DNA of 64,000 nucleotides, taken from positions 19,172-83,171 of the forward strand of contig DATDYZ010000001.1 in NCBI GenBank assembly GCA_035288905.1, in the 5' to 3' direction. The position numbers and the translations under genes were made by a program. Origin of the DNA: Candidatus Anderseniibacteriota bacterium (GTDB lineage Bacteria > Patescibacteriota > Andersenbacteria > UBA10190). This document shows, in pieces, positions 38,383 to 47,977 of this stretch. Each line of letters begins with the position of its first letter. The stretch's first letter is position 1. The notes beneath the pieces were generated by a model. It ran no database searches. It was not told the DNA's origin and saw only the letters and a program-made list of their open reading frames with translations.

Positions 38383-40758
38383 GTGAAAGATGTTATTCCT
38401 TCAGGAAAAGACCATACGATTCGTATTGACTGGAAATTGCCGGCTAGGCTTCGTAAACGAACGAGTAGGCCGCACTCAAAGCAGCAAAGTAAAAAACACG
38501 CTGAAAAATCGACACCTCATTTTGCCGCGAAAAAAATCATAACAGAAGCTCCTGGTCAACACATTTCACTTCCGGCACATCATTTTTTTGACCATGCAGC
38601 TCATCCTACAACTGCGGACATTACAATACCAGCTGCAACATTTTCAAAGCCAGTGTTACGGGCAAAGCCGCCGAAAAAGCGTGTAGACCCAGTTCTTATT
38701 ATACAAGAGCGTGATGTAGCGTATCATTTTCCCGAAGTGCGGGTTATACAACCGCAGGCAAAGCCGGCGATGAGCGCATTGTTTTTACTCATTGGACTCG
38801 GAATTGTTTCATTTTTTGTTTGGAATTTGCAGGGGGCGGGGAGGGGAACGGCTGTACTTTCAACGATACAAACAAAGGCTGCAAATGCATTTAGTCATGT
38901 AATACAAGCTCAGGCTGCTCTTGCTATCACGAACACTGTGGAAAGCGAGCGTCAGTTTTCAGCAGCTTCACAAGAATTACTATCTGCAAAAGCAGATATG
39001 GATGAAGCACTCGCTGCATCCAAAAATATTCTTCAAATCCTTGATGTAACAGGCACGGTAAAATCAGGGAGGGACATGCTTGATGTGGGTACTGCGCTTG
39101 CGGATGCAGGGGTTCATATGTCTCGTGCAGTTACACCGTTTCTTTCTGTAACGCTCGATACTTCTTTGGTTGATGCAATTATTGCATCTCGTCCTCATTT
39201 GGAAAATGCACAGCAGGCTATGGATGTTGCAGAAGAAAAGATTCGTGGCGTTGAGACTGCGCTCATGCCAGAAGATATTGCGAGCGATATCGAGAAACTG
39301 CAAGACATTATTCCTCAGGCAAAAAATACTCTTCATCACTTACTTCAAGAAAGCGATACATTGCTTGCTCTTCTAGGCGCGTCGCGAGATCGGCAGTATC
39401 TTATATTGTTTGCAAATAGCGATGAAATGCGTCCCGTAGGAGGGTTTATTGGTACTGTAGGGTTGGTGAATATTTCTCGAGGTAAAGTGGAAAATATTGA
39501 TGTACGGAGTGTATATGACGGTGATGGGCAGCTTAAAAAGTTTCTTGCGCCTCCCAATCCTCTCCTTCCAATCGTAAACAGGTGGTTTTTACGGGATTCA
39601 AATTGGTTTGTTGATTATGAGGTAAGTGCGCGCAAAGCTGCGGAATTATTTGAAAAAGAGGGCGGCCCAACGGTGGATGGGGTTATTACGCTTACTCCAA
39701 AAGTGATACAAAACCTATTAGCGGTTACAGGCCCCATACAAGTTCCTGGGTATGACAGGGTGGTAACCGCTGAAAACTTTATTCAGGTAACTCAGGCGGA
39801 GGTTACATACGAATACGATCGAGAGATTAATAAGCCCAAGCAGTTTTTATCAGACTTAACTCCTCTTTTGCTTACCAAACTTTTTTCATCTACCGGTGAC
39901 ACTACCGCAGGAAGCGGGAAGTTAAAAACACTCCAAGCGCTTACGCAATCGTTAACGCAGAAGGATCTTCTACTATATTTTGTGGATGATGATGCACAAG
40001 AAGAAGCGATGCGGCTGGGCTGGGCTGGTACATTACCTCAAGGTGCGGATGGTTTTTTAATGGTGAATAATGCGAACATTGGTGGGCATAAAAGTGACCA
40101 ATTTATTGAACAGGAGATTGATTATCGGGCAACTATTTTAGAAAATGGAGATGCGGACGTGGTGCTTACGGTGAGGCGTGAACATCATGGACCAGAAGAG
40201 AAAATCGATTATGAGTATCGGGAAGAAGGAGACCCGGCACTCAAGGATAATATTATATACCAACGTACTCTTGTGCCGCTTGGAGCAACGTTTATTGAAG
40301 CAAAAGGATTCACTGCAGAATCAGACGTGCCTCGCCCTTTACTTACAACCAGTACATTGCAGCTAGAGGCAGATCCTGATGTAGCTGCTTGGCAACAAGG
40401 GCAGCATCGTTTACCTGATGGGACAGTTATGGGGACTGAATCGGGGTACACGTTTTTTGCAAATTGGGTTGTTACCAAGCCGGGGCAAACATCGATGACG
40501 CTCTATCATTATCTCATTCCAAACGCAGTTTCAATGCCGAACATATTGCATAATGCATCTTCGTTTGCGCTTTCCCTTTCAAAGCAGCCAGGGCAGCGTC
40601 GCAGTAGTATACGCGCTTCTATTCAATTGCCTTCTGGAATGAGGATTCTTCGTAGCGTTCCAAGCTCTGGAGTAACAATTGAGTCAGATACTACGTTTGT
40701 ATACCGTGGGCAATTGACTTCTGATACCGTGCCAGGCATTGTGTTTGAAAAGCGATAA
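38383..40758 (+). CDS. Large N-terminally membrane-anchored protein, DUF4012-like
   Basis: NSDEMRPVGGFIGTVG matches the DUF4012 N.ELR.TGG.IGS motif. There is one TM helix near residue 130. Confidence 0.55.
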   Translation: MKDVIPSGKDHTIRIDWKLPARLRKRTSRPHSKQQSKKHAEKSTPHFAAKKIITEAPGQHISLPAHHFFDHAAHPTTADITIPAATFSKPVLRAKPPKKRVDPVLIIQERDVAYHFPEVRVIQPQAKPAMSALFLLIGLGIVSFFVWNLQGAGRGTAVLSTIQTKAANAFSHVIQAQAALAITNTVESERQFSAASQELLSAKADMDEALAASKNILQILDVTGTVKSGRDMLDVGTALADAGVHMSRAVTPFLSVTLDTSLVDAIIASRPHLENAQQAMDVAEEKIRGVETALMPEDIASDIEKLQDIIPQAKNTLHHLLQESDTLLALLGASRDRQYLILFANSDEMRPVGGFIGTVGLVNISRGKVENIDVRSVYDGDGQLKKFLAPPNPLLPIVNRWFLRDSNWFVDYEVSARKAAELFEKEGGPTVDGVITLTPKVIQNLLAVTGPIQVPGYDRVVTAENFIQVTQAEVTYEYDREINKPKQFLSDLTPLLLTKLFSSTGDTTAGSGKLKTLQALTQSLTQKDLLLYFVDDDAQEEAMRLGWAGTLPQGADGFLMVNNANIGGHKSDQFIEQEIDYRATILENGDADVVLTVRREHHGPEEKIDYEYREEGDPALKDNIIYQRTLVPLGATFIEAKGFTAESDVPRPLLTTSTLQLEADPDVAAWQQGQHRLPDGTVMGTESGYTFFANWVVTKPGQTSMTLYHYLIPNAVSMPNILHNASSFALSLSKQPGQRRSSIRASIQLPSGMRILRSVPSSGVTIESDTTFVYRGQLTSDTVPGIVFEKR

Positions 40759-42371
40759 TGTTGAAATACCCTGCAAACGGATCCATTATATCGGCGGCGC
40801 TCATTCTAGGCGCCTCTTCTCTTGTGAGTAGAATAATTGGGCTCCTGCGAGATAGAACATTTACTACGTTATTTGGAGCGGGAGATACGTTTGATGCGTT
40901 TATTGCCGCCTTTAGAATTCCCGATTTGATTTTTAATCTTATTGTTATAGGCGCTCTTTCTGCAGCGTTTATCCCGATGTTTACGGAAAAGATGGTGGCA
41001 GGAAAAGACGGAAAAAAAGAAGCGTATCGATTTGCGCTTTCTGTTTTAAATGTCATGTGTTTTGGAGTGAGTGTGTTAAGCTTGATATATATTACGTTTG
41101 CACCAGCTATTGTTTCTTTAATTACCCCAGGGTTTTCAGGGGAAAAACTTTCGTTAACAATTGAACTTTCGCGTATTATGGCGCTTCAGCCATTACTTCT
41201 TTCTGTGAGTTTTGTTTTTTCTGGAATTTTGAATTCGTACAAGCGCTTTGTGGCGTATGCGTTTGCTCCTATTGTATATAATCTTGGTATTATTGCAGGG
41301 GCAATATATTTTGTGCCGTACATCGGCATACGGGGACTGGCATGGGGAGTTGTATTTGGCGCACTATTGCATGTGCTCATACAAGTACCGAGCGTACTTC
41401 GCGTGGGATTTCGCTGGGATATTATTTTGTTTTCGTCTTTTGCTGATTGGAAAAAGCTATGGAGTATGATGCTCCCGCGCGTATTTGGTCTTGCCGCTCA
41501 GCAGACTAATTTGCTTATTGTAACTATTTTGGGTTCGGGGTTTTTATCTGGCAGTATTTCTGCATTTCACCTTGCAAACAATGCACAATATATTCCCGTT
41601 GGAATTTTTGGGATTGCGTTTGCGCAAGCTGCGTTCCCTACACTTTCTGAGCAGATTGCTCGCAAACAGAAGAGAGCGTTTCGCCATACGCTCACCAAAT
41701 CATTTCGATATATTATGTTTCTTGTTGTGCCAATATCTGTTCTGTTTTATCTCCTTCGTGCGCAAATTATTCGTGTGCTTTTTGGAGACGGGGCATTTAG
41801 TTGGGACGATACAACAATTACATACGATACATTTGGTTTTTTAGTTGTGAGTATTTTTGCTCAGGCAACTATTCCATTACTTACCCGTGCATTTTATGCA
41901 AAACAAAATACAAAAACACCCGTTATTGTTTCTCTTATTAGTATTGTGTTAAACATAGCTCTTGCACTCGCACTCTCGGAGCGCTTCGGGGTGCAAGGAC
42001 TCGCAATTGCGTTTTCTGTTTCCGCAATTGTTCAACTCGCGCTCTTGCTCGGAGTGCTCCACTGGCAGCTGGATGGATTTGATGACAAGGTTGTTTTAAA
42101 AAGTACATGCAAAGTAGTTATAGCAACTCTCGCAGCTGCAATTGTGGCACAGGCGTTGAAAACACCAATCGCATATATGGTCGATATGCAGCGGTTTTGG
42201 GGTATTGCCACACAATTAATTGGAGTGTTTACTGGTGGAATGATAATGTATATCTTTGTTTGTATGATACTTAAGAGTGAGGAGCTAGAAATCATCAAGA
42301 AATATATTCCTCGCAAATTGAAATTCACCGCAGGCTCAGACACCCCGCGCTTTTCAGGGTTTATGGAATGA
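40758..42371 (+). CDS. murJ: Lipid II flippase MurJ (MviN)
   Basis: N-terminal LLRDR..T..FGAG...DAF..AFRIPD signature and 14 TM helices. Confidence 0.87.
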   Translation: MLKYPANGSIISAALILGASSLVSRIIGLLRDRTFTTLFGAGDTFDAFIAAFRIPDLIFNLIVIGALSAAFIPMFTEKMVAGKDGKKEAYRFALSVLNVMCFGVSVLSLIYITFAPAIVSLITPGFSGEKLSLTIELSRIMALQPLLLSVSFVFSGILNSYKRFVAYAFAPIVYNLGIIAGAIYFVPYIGIRGLAWGVVFGALLHVLIQVPSVLRVGFRWDIILFSSFADWKKLWSMMLPRVFGLAAQQTNLLIVTILGSGFLSGSISAFHLANNAQYIPVGIFGIAFAQAAFPTLSEQIARKQKRAFRHTLTKSFRYIMFLVVPISVLFYLLRAQIIRVLFGDGAFSWDDTTITYDTFGFLVVSIFAQATIPLLTRAFYAKQNTKTPVIVSLISIVLNIALALALSERFGVQGLAIAFSVSAIVQLALLLGVLHWQLDGFDDKVVLKSTCKVVIATLAAAIVAQALKTPIAYMVDMQRFWGIATQLIGVFTGGMIMYIFVCMILKSEELEIIKKYIPRKLKFTAGSDTPRFSGFME

Positions 42372-43804
42372 AGTACGCGTTCAAGAAAAGTGGTTCGATA
42401 TTCTTACTTGGAGTTTGCCTCTTTCTTTTTACTATTCTACTTTGGCCGCTTCGGTATTCTACATCAGACACCGAGCAGCTGTCTGACCCGGTTGGCTCAA
42501 TTTCTGTTACTCCGGACAAGCCAGTCGTGAATGTACAAATTTACCCTTCTCGTTCATTGGTTGGGGTTTCTTTCTGGACCGCAGAAAAGCAAAAAGTTCA
42601 AGGTGATACTCTCTTGGAACTGGTAATAACTAATTCAAACACAGGAGAGGTAGCTATATCTCGCGAGATGCAGTTTTCTCACGTGTTCCAAAAGAAAAAA
42701 AACATGATCATGTTTACATTTCCATCGATACGTAGTTCTCCATATCTCGTCTCGCTACGAATACCAGATGCGTCCGCAGGGCAATCTCTTACGCTTCGGG
42801 GGCCACTCAAGATTATTGATGATAAAACGAGCGCGCAGACTGTTGTTCAAGTGCTTGAAAAGCGTTCGCTCTATTCTATATTTTATACACATTTATTCAG
42901 CGCTACCGCCGAGGGGGAAGATATTTACTATTATTGGTTGAGAGGAGGGGAAATTGTAAAAGGGGAAAACCCATATGTATGCTCTTTGGACGATACGTGT
43001 ATAAATCATAAGAACCCAGGGCACTTCCCAGTATTTTACTGGTTGTCAGCCTTATCGCAACAGGCAGGATTCCATGACTTTCATGATTGGATTGTGTTTT
43101 GGCGAACGATATTTTTATTGTGCTATTTAGCAACTGGTGCTGTGCTATTTTGGACGCTTTATAAGCGCAAACAATATGAGCTGGCTGTTTTTGCGTTATT
43201 CTTTTGGTTATTTAATAGATGGTCACTATATGTAATTCGTGTTGCGCATGTAGATTTTGTGGCTATATTTTTCTTGACTGCTTCGTTGGTGCTATTTGAG
43301 AAGAAGCGCTTTTTATCTTTATTGGCATTTGGAGTTTCTTTGGGAATTAAACAGGTTGCCATCTTTTTAGTACCTTTGTATATTATTTTTATTTGGGTGC
43401 AAGCGGAAAAAGGCAAACGAGTTACAGCAACTCTCAAGGGTATTCTAGTCATGGCAATTGTTCCGCTTATTTCCTTAATCCCGTTTGTAATTGATAGCCC
43501 CAAAAGTGTGGCAACGGGACTTTTGTTTTCTGCTACTCGAAATTCGCAGGCCAATATTGGGGCAGCACCTCTGGTGTCGCTTCTGAAGATTGATGGTGCT
43601 ATAGGGGTCGCTCCGATGGTATTCCTAATGCTACTTGTATTCATGGCTGCATACAGAAAAAAGCTTTCTCTCGCTATGAGTGGGCTTGCTATTATGCTGA
43701 CATTTATTGCGTTTAATACGGTTTTGTTTAACCAATATTTCCTATGGTTTGTACCGTTTCTGCCACTCGCCGCGTCGGAAATAAAAAAAGTACGGTTGCA
43801 GTAA
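42368..43804 (+). CDS. Polytopic membrane protein with a large extracytoplasmic N-terminal domain (possible GT-C-like glycosyltransferase)
   Basis: N-terminal TM, a soluble domain of about 200 aa, then a C-terminal region of about 8 TM. I have no firm family assignment. Confidence 0.45.
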   Translation: MKYAFKKSGSIFLLGVCLFLFTILLWPLRYSTSDTEQLSDPVGSISVTPDKPVVNVQIYPSRSLVGVSFWTAEKQKVQGDTLLELVITNSNTGEVAISREMQFSHVFQKKKNMIMFTFPSIRSSPYLVSLRIPDASAGQSLTLRGPLKIIDDKTSAQTVVQVLEKRSLYSIFYTHLFSATAEGEDIYYYWLRGGEIVKGENPYVCSLDDTCINHKNPGHFPVFYWLSALSQQAGFHDFHDWIVFWRTIFLLCYLATGAVLFWTLYKRKQYELAVFALFFWLFNRWSLYVIRVAHVDFVAIFFLTASLVLFEKKRFLSLLAFGVSLGIKQVAIFLVPLYIIFIWVQAEKGKRVTATLKGILVMAIVPLISLIPFVIDSPKSVATGLLFSATRNSQANIGAAPLVSLLKIDGAIGVAPMVFLMLLVFMAAYRKKLSLAMSGLAIMLTFIAFNTVLFNQYFLWFVPFLPLAASEIKKVRLQ

Positions 43805-43814
43805 GCTAAAAACA

Positions 43815-43847
43815 GGAATCATTCCGACACCTGGTGTCGGAATCTTG
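43815..43847. repeat. REP-D palindrome TTCCGACACCTGGTGTCGGAA
   Basis: Perfect hairpin. Confidence 0.8.
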
Positions 43848-43863
43848 TGATAGAATATTTACT

Positions 43864-44523
43864 ATGGGGTATCGAATAAATGGGTTTGAGCGGGGCGGTG
43901 TATACCACATATTTACGCGCGGTGTGGAGAAGAGGGAAATTTTTATGGATCATTCCGATCGTGTACGGTTTATCTCGCAAATGATTCATTGCTTGCCCGA
44001 TGAGCCTATTCTGAATTTTTCGCATGCACAAAAACTAAAACGAAAGTTGATAATAACCAGCGAAGGGGAGGGGTTAGCGGATATTCTTTGTTATTGCTTA
44101 ATGAATAATCATGTTCATTTTTTGCTCCGAGAAAATGTTGATGGTGGTATTTCGCGCTATATGCAACGGCTGCTCAATAGCTTCGCTCGGTATTTTAATG
44201 TTAAATACGAGCGCACTGGGGCGTTATTTGCGGGTCCGTTTCGGTCTGTTCCTGTGGTAAGTGATGATCAGCTTTTGCACGTAAGTAGGTATATTCATCT
44301 TAATCCTCATGCTGCGCATATAGTAAAGGATGTCTTCGCATATCCCTGGTCCTCGTTACGTGCATACTTAAACGACGAAGATTCGAAACTTTATTGCCAC
44401 GCTGACTTTCTTGCGTCATTAATGGATAAAAAAGAATATAAAAAATTCGTTTTCGATCAAGTGAGTTACGAACAATCCTTAGCTGCTTTTCCTGAACTTC
44501 TTTTAGATGATGACTATACTTAA
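43864..44523 (+). CDS. HuH Y1 transposase (RAYT-like), second paralog
   Basis: VYHIFTRGVEKREIF, NNHVHFLL and SRYIHLNPH. Trimmed from track ORF 43834, which starts in the REP. Confidence 0.8.
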   Translation: MGYRINGFERGGVYHIFTRGVEKREIFMDHSDRVRFISQMIHCLPDEPILNFSHAQKLKRKLIITSEGEGLADILCYCLMNNHVHFLLRENVDGGISRYMQRLLNSFARYFNVKYERTGALFAGPFRSVPVVSDDQLLHVSRYIHLNPHAAHIVKDVFAYPWSSLRAYLNDEDSKLYCHADFLASLMDKKEYKKFVFDQVSYEQSLAAFPELLLDDDYT

Positions 44524-44570
44524 TTCCGACACCTGGTGTCGGAATAAGTTCCCTGGTGTCGGAATAAGTT
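44521..44570. repeat. REP-D palindrome plus tandem half-copy
   Basis: TTCCGACACCTGGTGTCGGAATAAGTTCCCTGGTGTCGGAATAAGTT. Confidence 0.75.
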
Positions 44571-44572
44571 CT

Positions 44573-44865
44573 TTTCTGGCCCGTTTCGTGCTGTAGCTGT
44601 TGTACGTGATGAGCAATTTCTTCACGTAAGTAGGTATATTCACTTGAATCCATATGCGGCCCATATGACAAAGGATCCGCTTACATATAAATGGTCTTCT
44701 CTTGGCGAGTACTTTTTAGATGAAAGCAATAAAACAGCTTCTTGCCACACGAACTTTCTATTATCGTTAATAAGCTCTAAAGAATACAGAAGTTTTGTTG
44801 CAGACTACGCAGAGTATGCTCAGTCTCTCGCAAGCTACCCAGAATTGCTTATAGACGATGAATAA
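44573..44865 (+). pseudogene. C-terminal fragment of a third RAYT paralog (lacks the HuH N-terminal half)
   Basis: It translates to FSGPFRAVAVVRDEQFLHVSRYIHLNPYAAHM..., which parallels residues about 125-229 of the upstream transposase. There is no N-terminal domain. Confidence 0.65.
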
Positions 44866-44870
44866 TTTGT

Positions 44871-44893
44871 ATTCCAACACCTGGTGTTGGAAT
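44871..44893. repeat. REP-D variant TTCCAACACCTGGTGTTGGAA
   Basis: Hairpin. Confidence 0.75.
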
Positions 44894-44935
44894 GAGGATT
44901 TGTTTCGTTTGAATAAAATCTGATACTATTTACTT

Positions 44936-45685
44936 GTGAATGAATTATTAGGAAAGTTGGAAATTGATGATGCCTTCGGTCAAGAAGTTTGGGATCATTT
45001 TAAGGGTGAGCGACACTTTGAGATTGTTGAGCGAGATGATGGATTTATTGATGCTGGTAGTTTTGGTGGGCTAGTTTATTTTGCGAAATTCGATGATTGG
45101 GAAAATATAGATAAAGAAGCAATAAAATATGCGAAGGGCAAAACCTTAGATATAGGATGTGGTGCTGGTCGTCATGCTCTATATCTTCAAAATAAAAAAT
45201 TTGACGTAACAGGTATTGATAACTCGCCATTGGCAATTAAAGTTTGTAAAGAGCGTGGACTAGAAAAAGCATTTGTATTGCCCATAGTCGAAGTTGAGAC
45301 ACTTCTGCCAGAAAAATTTGATAGTATATTACTGCTCGGTCATAACTTCGGTTTATTTGGAAGTTTTCAAGAGGCTCGATCATTGCTCGCTAAAATAGGG
45401 AATGTAACAAATCCTGGTGCAATTATTATTTCTACTACTCGGGATCCATATCAAAGCACTGAGGCAGTTCATGAAGAATATCAACAAAAGAATCTAGCAG
45501 AAGGGCGCATGGGCGGACAACTTAGACTTCGTATTCGCCACAAAAAATTAATAGGTTCTTGGTTTAATTATCTTTTTGTGTCCAAAGAAGAGCTTAAACA
45601 TATTGTGGAAGGTTCTGGTTGGAAAGTTAAAGAATTTATTGGTAATGAAGAGCCAGAATACGGTGTTATTTTGGAAAAGGAGTGA
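44936..45685 (+). CDS. Class I SAM-dependent methyltransferase
   Basis: Motif I LDIGCGAGRHALYL and motif post-I DVTGIDNS. Confidence 0.75.
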   Translation: MNELLGKLEIDDAFGQEVWDHFKGERHFEIVERDDGFIDAGSFGGLVYFAKFDDWENIDKEAIKYAKGKTLDIGCGAGRHALYLQNKKFDVTGIDNSPLAIKVCKERGLEKAFVLPIVEVETLLPEKFDSILLLGHNFGLFGSFQEARSLLAKIGNVTNPGAIIISTTRDPYQSTEAVHEEYQQKNLAEGRMGGQLRLRIRHKKLIGSWFNYLFVSKEELKHIVEGSGWKVKEFIGNEEPEYGVILEKE

Positions 45686-45727
45686 TTTATTGAATGAAAA
45701 CTGTAGGGTGTACAGGTTTTTGTGCCG

Positions 45728-45750
45728 ATTCTAACACCAGGTGTTAGAAT
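45728..45750. repeat. REP-D variant TTCTAACACCAGGTGTTAGAA
   Basis: Hairpin. Confidence 0.7.
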
Positions 45751-46079
45751 GGATAGTGGTTTGTACCGTTTCTCCCGCTTGCGCTATCGGAATTTTCCAA
45801 AAAACGTGGTATGCTCAATGTATGAAAAAGAAACATCAAAATGGTGACACTCCAGCTACACAGCACGATCTTGAGATACTTGGTGGACATTTGTCTTCAA
45901 GAATTGATGACGTAGAGGCAAGTATTTCTAGTCTTAGGTATGTAGTAGAATCTATTTTAAGCGTTGTACAATCAATTGAAGGAAGGTTTCAAGAAACTAA
46001 GGGAGATCATGAACGAGTTGAAAGGCACGAAGAACGCATCACGGCGGTTGAGGTTCAAGTGAGAATGCTCCAGAAATAA
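45741..46079 (+). CDS. Hypothetical small coiled-coil protein
   Basis: The ORF's listed start lies inside the REP, so the real start may be the later MKKKHQ (about 45819). I recognise no family. Confidence 0.35.
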   Translation: MLEWIVVCTVSPACAIGIFQKTWYAQCMKKKHQNGDTPATQHDLEILGGHLSSRIDDVEASISSLRYVVESILSVVQSIEGRFQETKGDHERVERHEERITAVEVQVRMLQK

Positions 46080-46123
46080 AAGATTGAAATAATTAGAAAA
46101 CCGTGGTATTTTCATGGAATTGT

Positions 46124-47938
46124 ATGGAAATACGCAATTTTTGTATTATCGCGCATATTGATCATGGAAAGAGCACACTGGCAGACCGGATGCTCGAGTT
46201 AACGCATACCGTCGAAATGAGAGATATGCAGGCGCAGCTACTAGACTCTATGGAGCTGGAGCGAGAAAAAGGAATAACCATTAAGCTTCAACCAGTACGC
46301 ATGGAGCATAAAGGCTTTGTATTAAATTTAATAGATACTCCCGGGCATGTAGATTTCCAGTACGAAGTATCAAGAAGTCTGAAAGCAGTTGAAGGGGCTA
46401 TTTTACTTGTAGATGCTACGCAAGGTGTGCAAGCACAGACGGTTTCTAATTTATATTTTGCACTCGAAAAAAATCTGGAAATAATTCCTGTTATTAATAA
46501 AATAGACTTACCAGCTGCAGACGTTGAGGGCGTATCTCAAGAAATTATTAATCTTTTGGGTGCAAAAAAAGAAGATATACTTCATATATCTGCGAAGACG
46601 GGACAGGGGGTTCCGGAATTATTGGATGCAGTGATTGCGCGGGTGCCGGCGGCCACGCGCCCCTCACCCCCTGCCACGGCAGGGCCCTCTCCCAGAACGG
46701 GAGAGGGGAGCGAAAACCTGCGGGCGCTTATATTTGATTCGGTGTACGACGACTACAAGGGTGTGGTTGCATATGTGCGGGTTATGGAAGGAAGCGTTTC
46801 GCAAGGCGATGCGATTACGTTTTTAGGGACAGATGTTGATGATAGGGTAGTTGAAGTGGGCGTATTTAAACCACAATTTACTTCGCGTGAAAAAATTGGA
46901 GCGGGAGAAATTGGATATATTGCAACTGGCTTAAAAAATATTCGACAGGCTCGCGTGGGCGATACAATTACAAAAACAGTAGAAAAACATGAAGTGGAGC
47001 AACTCCCCGGCTTTGCAATTCCTCAACCGAAAGTCTTTGCTGGATTATACCCTGTAGATGGAAGCGACTTCCCTGTATTGCGCGAAGCAATGAGCCGACT
47101 GCAACTCAATGATTCTAGTTTAACTGCTCATATGGAGCGAAGCCATGCACTCGGGCAAGGTTTTCGATGTGGGTTTTTAGGAATGCTCCATTTAGAAATT
47201 GTGCAAGAGAGGCTGCGAAGAGAATTCGACGTAGAGTTGGTAGTCACGACTCCGAGCGTGCTCTACCACGTGGTGTTAACCTCCGGCGAGAAAAAAGATA
47301 TTCATACACCAGATGCGTTTCCGGATCCGAGTTTTGTCACATCTATGGAAGAGCAATGGTGTAAGGCAGATATATTACTTCCTCAGAAGTATCTCGGAGC
47401 CGTATTTGAAGTTATGGCACAACATGAAGGGAATTTAATTTCGCAAGAAGTATTGGGAACAGACCGCATGCTATTGCATTATGAATTGCCACTTCGAGAA
47501 CTTGTTGTCGATTTGTATGATCAACTAAAATCTATAACAAGTGGATATGGTTCGTTAAGTTATGATGTGATTGGTTGGAGGTCGGCAGACGTGGTGAAGC
47601 TGACAATCTTAATGAATCATGAAGTTGCTGAAGCGTTGTCATTAATTATTCCACGTACCAAAGCAGAAGCAATCGGGCGCCGAGTAGTCGATAAGCTAAA
47701 GGATCTTGTGCCGCGACAACAATTCGCAGTGCCTATTCAAGCAGCAATCGGTGGCAAAGTTGTAGCTCGCGAGACGGTACCCGCGCTTCGAAAAGACGTG
47801 ACGGCAAAGCTGTATGGAGGAGACGTAACTCGAAAACGAAAACTCTTAGATAAGCAGAAAAAAGGAAAAAAACGCCTTTCCACGAAAGGGTCTATCAATT
47901 TACCCCCAGAAGCATATATTCAGTTGCTCAAAAGGTGA
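46124..47938 (+). CDS. lepA: Translation elongation factor 4 (LepA), carrying an in-frame Family B repeat insertion
   Basis: IIAHIDHGKSTLADR and DTPGHVDF G-motifs, and the C-terminal LepA domain. The extra segment ATRPSPPATAGPSPRTGEGSE lies before the conserved LRALIFDS. Confidence 0.92.
   Translation: MEIRNFCIIAHIDHGKSTLADRMLELTHTVEMRDMQAQLLDSMELEREKGITIKLQPVRMEHKGFVLNLIDTPGHVDFQYEVSRSLKAVEGAILLVDATQGVQAQTVSNLYFALEKNLEIIPVINKIDLPAADVEGVSQEIINLLGAKKEDILHISAKTGQGVPELLDAVIARVPAATRPSPPATAGPSPRTGEGSENLRALIFDSVYDDYKGVVAYVRVMEGSVSQGDAITFLGTDVDDRVVEVGVFKPQFTSREKIGAGEIGYIATGLKNIRQARVGDTITKTVEKHEVEQLPGFAIPQPKVFAGLYPVDGSDFPVLREAMSRLQLNDSSLTAHMERSHALGQGFRCGFLGMLHLEIVQERLRREFDVELVVTTPSVLYHVVLTSGEKKDIHTPDAFPDPSFVTSMEEQWCKADILLPQKYLGAVFEVMAQHEGNLISQEVLGTDRMLLHYELPLRELVVDLYDQLKSITSGYGSLSYDVIGWRSADVVKLTILMNHEVAEALSLIIPRTKAEAIGRRVVDKLKDLVPRQQFAVPIQAAIGGKVVARETVPALRKDVTAKLYGGDVTRKRKLLDKQKKGKKRLSTKGSINLPPEAYIQLLKR
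46659..46712. repeat. Family B-type palindrome (CCCTCTCCCAGAACGGGAGAGGGG with GC-rich flanks) inside the lepA CDS
   Basis: Seen directly. It sits in-frame. Confidence 0.7.
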
Positions 47939-47945
47939 CACCACG

Positions 47946-47977
47946 CTGTCATCCCGGGCTTGACCCGGGATCCAGGT
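47946..47977. repeat. Family A repeat, half copy
   Basis: TGTCATCCCGGGCTTGACCCGGGATCCAGG. Confidence 0.7.

Noticed and set aside
44521-44570. Possible CRISPR-like tandem repeat (REP-D followed by a half copy)
   Set aside because: There are only one and a half repeat units, and no spacer-repeat periodicity. These are REP palindromes tied to the adjacent RAYT genes. I found no CRISPR array anywhere in the window.
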